Shown here: positions 41,496 through 53,292 of the stretch, one piece after another
Position numbering within the stretch: the first letter of the stretch is position 1
How the letters are laid out: the number at the start of each line of letters is the position of its first letter
Assembly (NCBI GenBank): GCA_002189035.1
Contig: NEEC01000015.1
Span: 1,178,001 to 1,242,000 of the forward strand
Direction: 5' to 3'
Source of the DNA: Utricularia gibba
Lineage: Eukaryota; Plantae; Magnoliophyta
Length of the DNA stretch: 64,000 nt
Notes under the pieces: generated by a model
Database searches by the model: none
What the model saw: the letters and a program-made list of their open reading frames with translations, nothing else
Told to the model about the DNA's origin: nothing
Made by a program: the position numbers and the translations under genes

Positions 41496-42363
41496 ATGAA
41501 TGAGGATGGGGATGGTTTCAATTTGAAGAGGGTTGTTTTTGTGACTGTTGGTACAACTTGTTTCGATGGATTGGTTAGAGCTGTGGATTCGTCGGAGGTT
41601 AAAGAGGCTCTGTTTAAAAAGGGGTACACTCACCTCCTGATTCAAATGGGCCGTGGAACTTATGTTCCTACTAAGGTAATCGCATCTTTTGGATCCTGAT
41701 TATTCATTTGAATTGTGTGATGTTGCTACAATGACGATGTTTTGAGGGGCTTCCTAAAACTAGTGGCCTAAATTTGTGCAAAAGCACTTCCAAGTGTATA
41801 TTCTGTAGCATTGGCAATGATCTTTGTGGCATTGAATAAGATTGATGTGGTATGGTATTGTGAACTTTCAGACGGCTGAAGAAGAAGGGCCTCGGTCATC
41901 GATATCTGTAGATTTTTTTACATTTTCTCCTAGTATTGCTGAGTTCTTGAAGTCGGCTTCTCTTGTTATAAGTCATGCAGGTATCCCAACTCTCCTTTTG
42001 CATTAGCAATCTTTGTTTGGAACTTAGATGAGCAGCCCCTAATCATTTGAAATCAATAACCCATTCTGAAGCTTGCTAGCCCTTGTACTTACTTACCCTT
42101 CTTCAGGTTCAGGAAGCATATTTGAGACTCTAAGGCTGAGGAAACCACTCATTGTGGTAGTGAATGAGGATCTGATGGATAACCATCAAACTGAACTGGC
42201 TGAAGAGTTGGCTGAAAGAAAGCATTTGTTTTGTGCTTGGCCACAGACGCTTTTCGAGACGATTTCATCGATGGATCTTGATGCTCTTGAGGCTTATGAA
42301 CCCGGTGATGCCACCCCAGTTGCTCAACGCATCAACTGTTTTCTTGGCTACACTGATGAATGA
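41496..42363 (+). CDS. ALG13: UDP-GlcNAc transferase subunit ALG13, 3 exons
   Basis: VFVTVGTTCFD, LLIQMGRG, SLVISHA/GSGSIFETL, VVNEDLMDNHQTELAEEL. Confidence 0.95.
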
Positions 42364-42526
42364 AACAGTTGAGTGTTCTTTCCATGAATGCCATCATACA
42401 CACCTAACCCCTAGTAGATCAGAGGGGTAAATATGGTATTACAATCTACCTTCAATCCCGAGTTTCTCAAAAGAATTCCTCGTATCTACAATACAAAGAT
42501 GGATATCTGTGAATAAGCAGCACAGG

Positions 42527-43541
42527 TCACTGCATATAACCCGACCCACCCGAATTCATATGGTACCCGAGGAAAAACGGGTCATGCGAAGCGGGTAAAC
42601 CCGCCTCCTGCGGAAAGACTCCGGGCTGGGTAAACATATTGGGGGCTTGACTAAATTGGACCTGGCCCAGTTCAGAAAGAGGCCCAAACCTATCACCCCA
42701 TCCGAAGTTGCCGGAGCAGACTTCCTGAGCAAGGTTCATCCTTTGGCCTTGACTCTCAACATTCATCGGAAAAAAGCTGCGATCTTCCATCTCCGGCAGC
42801 GTATCCAAAACGTCGTCGTACTGTGAGGACGACGTCGACGGGGATGCAGTATACTCCATTTTCGGAAACCCAGAAGCTCTGGCTGCTTTCTCTGCGCTGC
42901 AGGTCTTCTTGTAGATTCGACAGAGTACCCAATCATCCAGCTTTATTTCCAAAACACAGAAAAAGGTGAAAACTAGAGAGAAGAAATCTGGAAAGGTTTT
43001 TAATACTACTGTTCTTACTCTGGCACTCCCACCATTCTTCTGCGGTGAATCGAACAGTCTGTACTCATGCATAATCCAGTTGGTCTTCCTCCCCTTCGGC
43101 GCCTTCCCAACGTAAAAAACCAGAGCTTTCTTGATCCCCACCTTCTTCCCTTCCGACGCGATGACCTTATCAGTTCCCGTGGCTTTCCAGTACCCCGTAC
43201 CCGCCACCCGATTCGGACGCGACCCGTTCGGGTACTTGCGGTCTCTGGGGCTGAAGAAGTACCACTCCTTCTCCCCGAACACCGCTTTCTCTATTCCATT
43301 GACAAGACAGAAGTTGAGAAGGAGATATATTCCGTGGGAATTGAGACGGCGATGACGTACCTGGGAGGTCCCATGGATCGTACTTATACAGATCGACGTC
43401 CCCTATGATCCGCAGAGGGAAATCCTGGCCGGCCACCTTCCTACAGAGATACTGCACCATGAGCTCCTCGTCGGAGGGGTAGAAGCGGAACCCCGGCGGC
43501 AGATTGAGGTGCGAGAGCGTCTCTCCTCGTCGGACCCCCAT
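42527..43541 (-). CDS. Stress NAC transcription factor (ANAC019/055/072 RD26-like), 3 exons
   Basis: [78 protein letters not shown]. Confidence 0.95.
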
Positions 43542-43687
43542 AAAGGCTGAGTTTGAGACGGAATTCCTGGGACGGGATTTGGTTGTTATGTAGCAGACGA
43601 GAGAAACGGAGCATTCTAAAAGAATCCAATACACTCTCGTTGCGTGTTAGGCCCCGTGGCCGCGGACTCCTCCACCCGTAGCCTCCT

Positions 43688-43694
43688 GCCACGT
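43688..43694 (-). promoter_or_regulatory. ABRE (ACGTGGC) in the RD26-like NAC promoter
   Basis: GCCACGT on the plus strand, about 150 nt upstream of the ATG; a distal G-box CACGTG lies at 44553-44558. Confidence 0.6.
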
Positions 43695-43881
43695 AGACCT
43701 CATCATAGCGCCCTCTTCTACTGTTCGTATAGATCATCAAAACTGGATTGGATTTTAAATAAGAAAAAATATATTTTTTTATCAATACAGATTTTCTTTT
43801 TTTTTCTAAAGGTAAAAAAATTATGAATATCTAGTTTTGATGGGAAAATTTAAAAACAACTTATGTTGGATTTATTCTGTA

Positions 43882-43887
<6 letters not shown>

Positions 43888-43927
<40 letters not shown>
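43888..43927. repeat. (AT)20 microsatellite
   Basis: 40 nt of uninterrupted AT. Confidence 0.95.
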
Positions 43928-43931
<4 letters not shown>

Positions 43932-45182
43932 TTATATAAAATAAAAACAATTTTGAAATTATAAATAAGGTAATATAAAATTATAAAGTTTAATAAATTA
44001 AATTATTATAGAATTTAATGTAAAGATGTAAATGCATTTTTGAGCTATGTAAAAATTGAATAATATAATTTTCTAATTAATTTTTTATTTAATAAAGCTA
44101 TCTTTTAAGGAATTTAATATTTCTTAATTTAATTTTAGAAGTTAAATTTTTTATTTACCGTAAAATAGATAAAGATTAAAAAATAAATAGAATCAGTTCT
44201 TAATTTATGAAAACATAAGAAGCCCATTATATAATTTTTTAAAACCAATTAATGGAAAAATCATCATGCTATATCACTTAAATCATTAAACATATTATTT
44301 GATAATTTATAAAGTATGCATTTTATAATAAGTTTAATAATTATTATTTAGCTTGTTCATATCACTTTTATGAGGAATATTTAATACTATAATCTGAATA
44401 GCTATACAAACTTAAATATAATATATGATATAATTTTGTTTTATATTAAATCATATAACGAAATACTTGCCTTTTATCTTTACCGAAAAAGATCCCAAAG
44501 CAACGTTTGGTGGCTACACGGTATTTGACCATACGTCGCCGTTTGGAATGGGCACGTGCGAATGGATTGTTCCTACAGCAGCGTGTTTCAGGACACGGGT
44601 CTTTTATCTAATCGTGTGTTGCTTTCACCCTAAACCTTGTCATTGACATTTTATATTCATAATAATTTATTATTATTTTTTTCTGAGTTGTGTAATTTCA
44701 CAGCAGCTTCGCCACTGCTTTTTCCCAAGATGGGATAAGGTCAATGTTTTAATTTTGAGTGAAACTCTTGATTTTTGGATTTATTCTGAAATAATAAAAG
44801 TTTCTATTTATAAAAAAATTAGTTTTGTTAAAAAAATAGACTCCATTTCTATTTTATAATAGATAATTGTTGAAAAACACAAAAAAAATTATTTTTACGA
44901 ATAAAAATGAAACATTAGGGGATGAGTGCTGGAGGCCAGGCGTCAAAGCTACTTATCAACACAAACATAATAATACCCCCACGTTTAAAATGAGTTAGCC
45001 AACCTTGTACGGGACCTCTAGAAGCTAGACAACAAGGAATGAATGAAAGAAGGATGAGAATAGCTTAGCTTTAGGTTTAGCTGTACGGTCATGTCATCCC
45101 TGACTACAGCAGTGACATCACCTGAGGAACCGAACCCTAATGACAATCCTTTGTGTCCATTGGAAACTGCTGAAAACGCTAC

Positions 45183-45327
45183 AAGTCTGAGGGTTCAGAC
45201 AAGTTCCAAGGTATAAAGAAAACCAGCACACAGACATCAGAACAAAAGGTAAGCTTCTGTCCGAAGCACATGGGGCGGGCATCATCCAGGGACTGGTGCA
45301 TGTGCTTCACATCACAGAGGCATATAG
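45183..45327 (+). ncRNA. Candidate H/ACA-like small RNA
   Basis: Strong hairpin at 45253-45321 followed by ATA and preceded by ANANNA (AGAACA, 45239-45244); weak first hairpin; no ORF. Confidence 0.25.
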
Positions 45328-47147
45328 GAGTCCAAAGTCTGTTGCCCCTTTCAGACAATGATATAGGAGTTGATTAAGGTTTAAAGACTTCAAACCAGTC
45401 AATCAATGGCGGAAGCCCACCAAAGTTGTTGGGATTTGACACCATTATGATCCCTAGTTTGATGGAAATCGTATTCATACTACATCAAATGCTTACCTTG
45501 TTTACATAAAGCAAAGAGTATGTGTGCACTTAAAACAATAGGAGCTCATTTGGTAGCTCACTTAGAAGCATTATGATTGTGATAAACCATGATAGAATGA
45601 TTTGTTTGTGATCGTAGGTTTTATAGATGATTTATAATTATTTGAGATTAGAATGAGTATATGTTCGAGAAAGATGTTTAGAAATGGAGGTTTGTGATTA
45701 AATAATACGAATTTAATCAATTTTGAGTAAGGGTTTACGAAAACCCCATTTCGATCTGGTTTTTAAGCATCGAGTTGTGGACTATGCTATCGGGCACGCT
45801 GATTTTTCGTAAAAATGAGTGTTCAAATCAACATGTACTAAGTACGGAATATATAAATAGTAAATATGAAATATAATAAACTAATATTATTTAATAATTT
45901 AATATTAAAAATATATAATTTATTAATATTTACCTTTTTCTATATTCAAAAACATTTAAATTAACCTTAATCTTCTCTAATCCATCCTATTTTTCACTGC
46001 TTCATCAATTCACCCGACACATCTTTCCTCACTTTTACAATTCAACAAAATCTTTTTTCTACTATATGATTAATTGGAAGCCTATATTTTTGATATGTTA
46101 GGCATACTAAAAGTAATAAAATTATTATTATAATTATGTGAATTCAATATTTTTATTAATATAATTTTAAAAAATGATTATATATTAATATCAATAATAA
46201 TAATATTATTAAAAATATGATACATATTCCAAAATAAGATACTTTATAATTTGATGTATCTCATATCCGGCATTCATGTACTAACGTGTGTACATGTAAC
46301 ATAGCCTAAGTTGGGGGTGTTGATCTCATGCTGGATCCGGGGCATATACCATATGCCGTATGTTCACTCACTACTCCGGGTCCCGGTCCGGTCCGTGTCC
46401 ACTGTCATTCAACGGTGGAGCAGCAGCACCCACATTCTTGGTCTGGGATGTCTCCGAACCCCACCCCTTGCATCCTACCCTACACGCGACCTCTCTTTCT
46501 CGCTGCACCGCTACTTAATTCCTCCACCTTGGCCCCTTCCCCATGATCGCAATCTTTATTTTGCATCACCAATCCACTCCAAAATTTCAAAAACAAAGAG
46601 GGACTCCAAATCCCTTGAAACATCAAAATATCGAAAAAAGCGTAATGCGAAACTGCAATCAGATCACTTACATGCATTGTGTGGGTTTGTGAAAGATTGG
46701 TATGAATTTTCTCCAAACCGAAAGCAATCTCACCCACACAACATAAGAAGCCTTTGAGATCGGGACATTAGTTGATTTGGACGTGGGTCATGTGCAATCA
46801 ATAATATAAATGTTATCAAAATATTAATATGTAATCTGGAAAATGGTTTATACTATAAATTATATTATTTTTATTTCGAGAATTTTGTTTTTGAAGATTC
46901 TAATTTTAAAAACTCGACTAATTTAATATACTAAAAAAAATTGGAATCAATTACTGGTAATTAATTATTATTAATTGTACGGTTAACAAGGGATTAATGC
47001 TAGGCTTGACTAGTCCCTTGGATTCGCAAATAAAGTTGAAGCCGCCTCTCGTGCTCACTTCACTTCACTCCGTTACCTGCCGGTTTCCTGTACGGCTGCC
47101 GCTGCTCTGTCTTCTTCTTCGCCGCCCCCTCCGAACTCCACCGTTGC

Positions 47148-48440
47148 ATGGCAATTGGCTTGCTGTCCTATGAGGTCGCAGATCTCTGCATAGGAAAGCC
47201 TCCGTTGCGGGCTCTCTCCGGCGCCGCCTCAATCGCCGACGCCCTAGCCGCGATTAAGGTTTCCGACGATAACGCCATTAGCGTCTGGAGCTGTGAACAT
47301 TCCTCCGCCAAAATTAACCCTCCGAACTGCCTTTGTGTGGGGAAGATCTGCATGGTGGATATAATTTGCTATCTTTGCAAGGAAGAGAACTTGTCTTCCC
47401 CTGGTGCCGCTCTGCGCTCTCCGGTTACTGTCTTACTGTCAAAAGCTGCGGGTATTGTTCGCCACGTTGAGCCTTCTACTAGGTAACCTTCTTTCAATCT
47501 AGTAACTGATGACACTCGAGTCAATTGATGATCTCCCCTTTTCGATTTTTAGCACCAGATCTGGGATTGAAATACCTTGCTATGTTCTTTTCTTTTTTTT
47601 TTTTTTTCAACTGCTGTTGTAATGTAAGATCTACTCCTGTGATATGTGTACAGCTTGGTAGAGGCGATAGACTTGATGCTTGAAGGTGCACAGAATCTTG
47701 TAGTACCAATTAAAAGCAGGAATCGAAGGAAACAGCTTCCCAGATCCTCCACTTTACCCCCAACTGTCACACCTCACTGCAGCCAAGAGTTTTGCTGGTT
47801 AACTCAAGAAGATGTGATCAGATTCTTCTTGAGTTCAGTGGCTTTATTCTCCCCAATCCCATCTCGATCTGTTGAATCTCTCGGCATAATCCTCTCCGAT
47901 TTCCCAGCAATCAACTATCACTCCCCAGCAACATCAGCCCTCGGGCTCATATCCACATCCCTTGTGGATCAAACCTCTGTTGCAGTAGTTGACAGTAGAG
48001 GAACTCTAATCGGGGAAATATCCCCCTTCACACTCCTCACCTGTGATGAATCAGTCTCCGCTGCCATTATGACCCTCTCAGCAGGGGACCTAATGGCGTA
48101 CATAGATTGCGGAGGGCCACCTGAAGAGATAGTGAAGAAAGTGGAGGAGGAGCTGAAAAGGAAGAAACTTGAAGGTATGCTGGAGGAGCTGCTGCTTATA
48201 GATGATGAGAAACCCGGCACCTACAGCAGGCCGAGTAGCTACTCCGTTCGGATGGTGAGACGGGCGGAGGCGATCGTTTGCCACCCGTGGAGCTCCTTGG
48301 TGGCAGTGATGGTCCAAGCTCTTGCCCACCGTGTCAACTATGTTTGGGTGATTGAAGATGATTCCACAGTTGTTGGGATTGTAACTTTCACTGAAATGCT
48401 AAGAGCTTTTCACAGTAACCTGGAGCCCTTGTTAATATGA
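47148..48440 (+). CDS. CBS domain-containing protein CBSX5-like, 2 exons
   Basis: LLSYEVADLCIGKPPL, CVGKICMVDIICYL, FCWLTQEDVIRFFL, CHPWSSLVAVMVQALAHRVNYVWV. Confidence 0.92.
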
Positions 48441-48830
48441 TCATATCACCTCCACTCGCAGGGACACAGTAACCTTCCTCACTGCCAGGAGGAAGACGAG
48501 GAGGAGCTTCTTGTTCAGTTCAGTTCAGAGGTGGTTTCCATTTCCGGTTTGCTTGATAAATAAAATTGATGTTTTCCCTTTTTAGAAACAATCATTCATG
48601 CCTCGCCACCAGCTCTTGTCCTCTGGGTTGGTATCCGTTCCCTATAAATGTTTCATTATTTTTTTTCGATTAATCAATCAAGATCACAAATTATTGGAAA
48701 TCGTACGGTCTTCTTCATCTGCCTAAAAAATATCTACAACAATAGGAGGTTCCCATTCATTTAAAATCCAGAGAAAGACAAAATTGAGGTGTTCTACAAA
48801 AAAAATTGTAATTCTGATGCAAAATTGTTA

Positions 48831-49343
48831 GGGGGTGTTTGGAGGAGCTTGTTCTCTTTTTGTTATGTCAATGAATTGATTAATTTTTTAAGATTTTAAT
48901 TTTTAATGGTTATATAGTAAAAATAATAATTTTAAAAATTATTAAATTTATAGAATCTATATTTTATTAATTAAATAATAAAATATTTAAATAAAGAATA
49001 ATATAATATATTAAAATTTATAATATATATTATTTTATTAAATTTTATATTATCATACAAAATAGTTTTATAATTTCAAATTGATTTTATTCACATAATT
49101 TCACATTTGATTTTGTTTTATACAATGTGAACCATAACTTTAAATTACAAAATAGGTTCATGAAATTATTTGGTTAATAAATAAATTGAATACCATATTT
49201 AATACATGGTATGTAAAAAAAACCAATATCTTAAATTGGTATTTGAAGTATTAAATTTATGATACAATCAAATAAATTGGTCACAAAAATTTCAATCAAG
49301 TAAAATCTCCTTCAAATCCCTATTAAAATAAGTCCACACCACC
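48831..49343. mobile_element. Degenerate Tourist/PIF-Harbinger-like MITE
   Basis: TTA followed by GGGGGTGTTTGG at the left; decayed right end TCCACACCACC followed by TTA; subterminal AAATCTCCTTCAAATCCC; AT-rich core. Confidence 0.45.
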
Positions 49344-50346
49344 TTACAGAATATCTGTCGATAATATCTCTAAAAGACGCTTCTCATGGAATTAAATAAA
49401 TAAAAAGGGTCGAAAAATATGATGGCCACACAAATAGTAGGCACGGGGACGACGCACAGGCAGGCACGCTGATGATGGGGTACGAGAAGTATCTGGACCA
49501 TTGCGTCATTTGGTTGGACAGCTGGGGTGAGCACAGCACGCCGGTCCTACAACACAACTGTCGCAGGAGCCCGCCGGAGGATCTCAGCCGCCCCTCTGCT
49601 ATGGAATCTAATATCAAGAAAGTGGAGTGGACTACTGTGTGAAATAAGCAGGTTACTTTAAGGTATACCGATATATATTATTCTAGTATAAATTTATTCA
49701 TAATATTAGGATACATTTAAGAAATGGTGTTATATGAGATAAATGTATATTTGTAGTAAGATAAATAAATGTGTAAGTAAAAAATTATACCAGTTACCAA
49801 ACATGCATTATGTATCTGAATACTAGATATATATAATAGGTACCAAACACAGCCACAAGTAGCCAAAGTGTATTACGGTTCATCCAACCCAGGTGGGTGA
49901 AACCAAAATGTCGTAGACGTGGCAAGTTGTAAGCCGCACCATCTTAGTGGTGGACTTCGAAGCCTCCAACTTGGAATGATGAGCCTGTTGGAACAATTCT
50001 GAAGGAAGCAGTCTATGGATCCTGTTGAACTTGAACTCAAAGACTGGTTTTCTTGCTAAAAGTCAGTGAGAATTTTCTCACAATTTTCGGATGGTATAAG
50101 TGAATAAGCAACATGAATCTAGGTTGTGTGGTTGGGTTGGAGTGGAGTTTGCTCTCTCTCCCACATCCCCATCTTACATCACTGTAAAAGCTACAACAAA
50201 CTGGCCAAAACCTGGTTTGCTTGTTTTGCCTCCTCATCTATAGAAACTTTATCGAATGAAAAGCAAGCAGCACACAACTTGATACAGATGACCAACTGTT
50301 AGCTAAAAGTCAGAGGAAAGGAAGGAATAACAGGGTGGTCAGTTAG

Positions 50347-52051
50347 TTACATAGCAACATCGGGATCCAATCTTCGCTGAATGGCTGCAGCCGCCTGCAA
50401 AACCCGAGATTCAGCGTTCTTGAACACCGGGGAAATTGATGGGAAAGCTGAATGAAAAACATCTTTTTACTTACTTCCATCTTGCCGATCTTGTACAGGT
50501 AAGCCATCTCTTCCCGCAACTGAGCTTGCTCTTTCATTGCTTGGGCCTAGAGAAGCCAACGGACATAATTGCCACCCGCCATGATGACGTGCGTGGGAGA
50601 GAATATGCAGCATGAAAAGGAAAAAAAAAAAACAAGATACCATTCCACCCTGCATGGAGCGTTTCAAAGCTTCCACCTGCTCTTCCTTTTGTCTTTCACG
50701 TTCAAGCCGCAGTTCAAGCCTGCATAAACCATGAATGATTAACACAAGCTGGGGGTGAAATAGCAGAGGAACAAATAGGGTTATTCCCAATCGGGGAAAA
50801 GATTACCTTCGCTGTTCTTCATCATCGAATACAGTGCGTTCTGCCTTGTCAACCTTACCATGTCCCTTCTTCATTTCCTTTTCCATTTTACGCTGATAAT
50901 AAGCATCCAGGCTATAGTATCTGTGGCGTGAAAAAAGCATCATCACTACATACTATTAAAAAATCAGCACATATTCTTTCTCTTATAAAACGACCACTAA
51001 CTTTTTAGATGGGAAGGTAGCTGTGTTATGATCTTCCATGAAACTGCACAAATTTGAGAACATCGAAACACCGCCACCAAGTGAATAATAAGCACGCTGA
51101 AAACAACTAAACCATATCTAGGATTATTACACCCATCAGCTAGCTGCTTACTCTTTAAACAACTGCTTCTCCTCCCAGTTGGGCAGGCTTTCCAGATTCA
51201 CCTTCACAAAACAGACACCAAGCATTTCATCATGGAAGCCATACCAATAGGCAATCACAGTAAAAAGGCAGTATATTTATGCATGAAATACGATTTAACA
51301 ATATGCATTACATTTTTCACTTCCGCTAACCATGCGGTAAATTCGGGTCTTTTGTTCCTGAAAATAAAAATATAACACATTATGCACGATGAATGCCACT
51401 GGTTTCTATTACGAAAAAAAAGACTCGGATTCAGATACCAAAAGGTAAGTTAAACAACAACAACTATGTCCGAAATTGAAGGATATGTAGCAACAGGATT
51501 CAGGATTCTGAGCCAAGTTGAATTATCAAGAAGCAAACATTTCAGCATCATAATGAACTATTTAGCAAAAAGGTTGAGACAAAAATACTACCACATATCA
51601 GTTTCTCTGATAATGCCATGCTTCCCCATGAGCCAGTAACTGCGCCTTTTTTCTCCTTATCTTTGTGTTTCTTTTTCTCCTTCTTCTTATCCCTTTTCCT
51701 CTTCTCCTCCCTGTCCTTCCTCTTCCTATGCCTCTCTTTCTCCTTCCTCCGCTTTTCCTTCTTCTCCTCTCGCCTTCTCTTCTCCTTCCTCCGCCGCCTT
51801 CGTTCCTCCTCCGAATCTTCAGAACTTGAATGCGAATCTGAAGATTCGCTATCGTACTCTGAAGAAGAATACGAATCGCTATCTCGAGACCGTCTTCCAC
51901 TGCTCCCTTCCTTCCGCCGCTTCTTACTTCGGGGACGATGAGATTTTCCAGGCTTCTCTTCATCGATGTCGGAATCCGCATCCGGGTCGGGTTCCGATCC
52001 CGACACCGACTTATGGCGTTTGCCAAACTCGTCTTTACCATGGTTCGCCAT
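50347..52051 (-). CDS. Lys/Arg/Ser-rich nuclear protein (At5g53800-like); apparent -1 frameshift in exon 1
   Basis: Downstream exons give NKRPEFTAWLAEVK, VNLESLPNWEEKQLF, FMEDHNTATFPSKK, AAAIQRRLDPDVAM. Exon 1 needs one extra base in TGGGGAAG to read SWGKHGIIRETDMW. Confidence 0.85.
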
Positions 52052-53292
52052 CTTCCCCGGCTCGGTTCGATAGAAACAACTGGTTGAAACTTAAAAGCCT
52101 TACACCCTCCAGTTACTGGGCCTTTTATTGGGCCTCCACAAAGGCCGGCCCATCTATTACAATTTGAAATTACAGAACAGATCCAATATGTTTATTGATA
52201 AAAAGAGATGAAATAAAATTGATAATTGGAGATATATTTCTTTAAATAAAAAGGATAATATTGTATTTTAAATAATGAAATTAAGTAAAAATATTTCTAA
52301 TAGATAAATTTGTGTTTTATCATGAATTAAATAATAAAATTATTTTGATAAACTAAATATTATTTTTTAACAGAATATTTAAATTATGAACATGGGCTTG
52401 GGGAGGCCCAAAGCTTATACCCAAAGGCCAAGCGCCAGTTAATGTCTGCAGTGTAAACACGTGTTCCCCCGCCCCCCGGAACGAGCTGTAAGAAGTCGGC
52501 AACACGTGAAAGTCGTCGGTCAAGGTTTCGACGTCGTTTCCTGGTTGGGCTGCTGTTTCGTTTTGTAAGAATCCCATTTTCCCCTTGGCGTAGAGATCTA
52601 TGCATTTTTTCTCCTGTATCCGGTTACAAGAACGGAGATCTGAGAGCCACCATTTCTCTCTTTCTTAAGTTTTACTTTTTTTGTCGGTTGAGGCTCATTG
52701 TGATCTCCGCCTTTGCTCTCTCTGGGTCGTTGTTCAGCCCTGTTCGTCACGTTTTTTGAAGCCTCGGGTTCAGGTCTGCTGTGTGATTCTCTATGCGATT
52801 GATTTTTCTGATCAGCGGTTATCTCGATCAGCTAAGATAGCGTCCAGTGTGTCGAGATCGATATGGAAATTGTTCGCTGCTAATTGAATTTTCGACGCTT
52901 TTGATTTTCTCTGGGTCGTGAATCTTTTTATCCTCATCTACGCAATTTTGATTGAAAAGGAATTGTGTGGCGGTGTTTACCTCATCCATTCTCTTGGTAT
53001 CTCGATTTGAGTCCTGGTAATCAAAGGCCGGATTTTAGATGTTGATCTACTCTGCGTGGTTTGAATAGAATTTTTTTTTTTTTTTTTTTTTGGTTTCTTT
53101 CGAAGGATCGATGTGATGTTTGGTGAATAAATGAAAAAAATTCCTGGCTTTCGCTCTGAATCCCAAATTTTAAAATTTACAGCATTTTTAAATCTTGACC
53201 ATAGGAATAACACTCAAATTTGCATTCTCTGGTGCAGTGTCCACTAATTTCAGGTCCAGATTTTGCCGCTTGGAACTGACTTATCCTGAGTC

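Noticed and set aside
46677-46740. TGTGTGGGT...ACCCACACA hairpin as a miRNA precursor
   Set aside because: The large asymmetric bulge prevents a 21-nt duplex, and it matches no conserved miRNA I recognise.
49974-50010. Box C (AATGATGA) followed by CTGA
   Set aside because: The C-D distance is only about 17 nt, there is no later D box or terminal stem, and it lies in a 3'UTR region.
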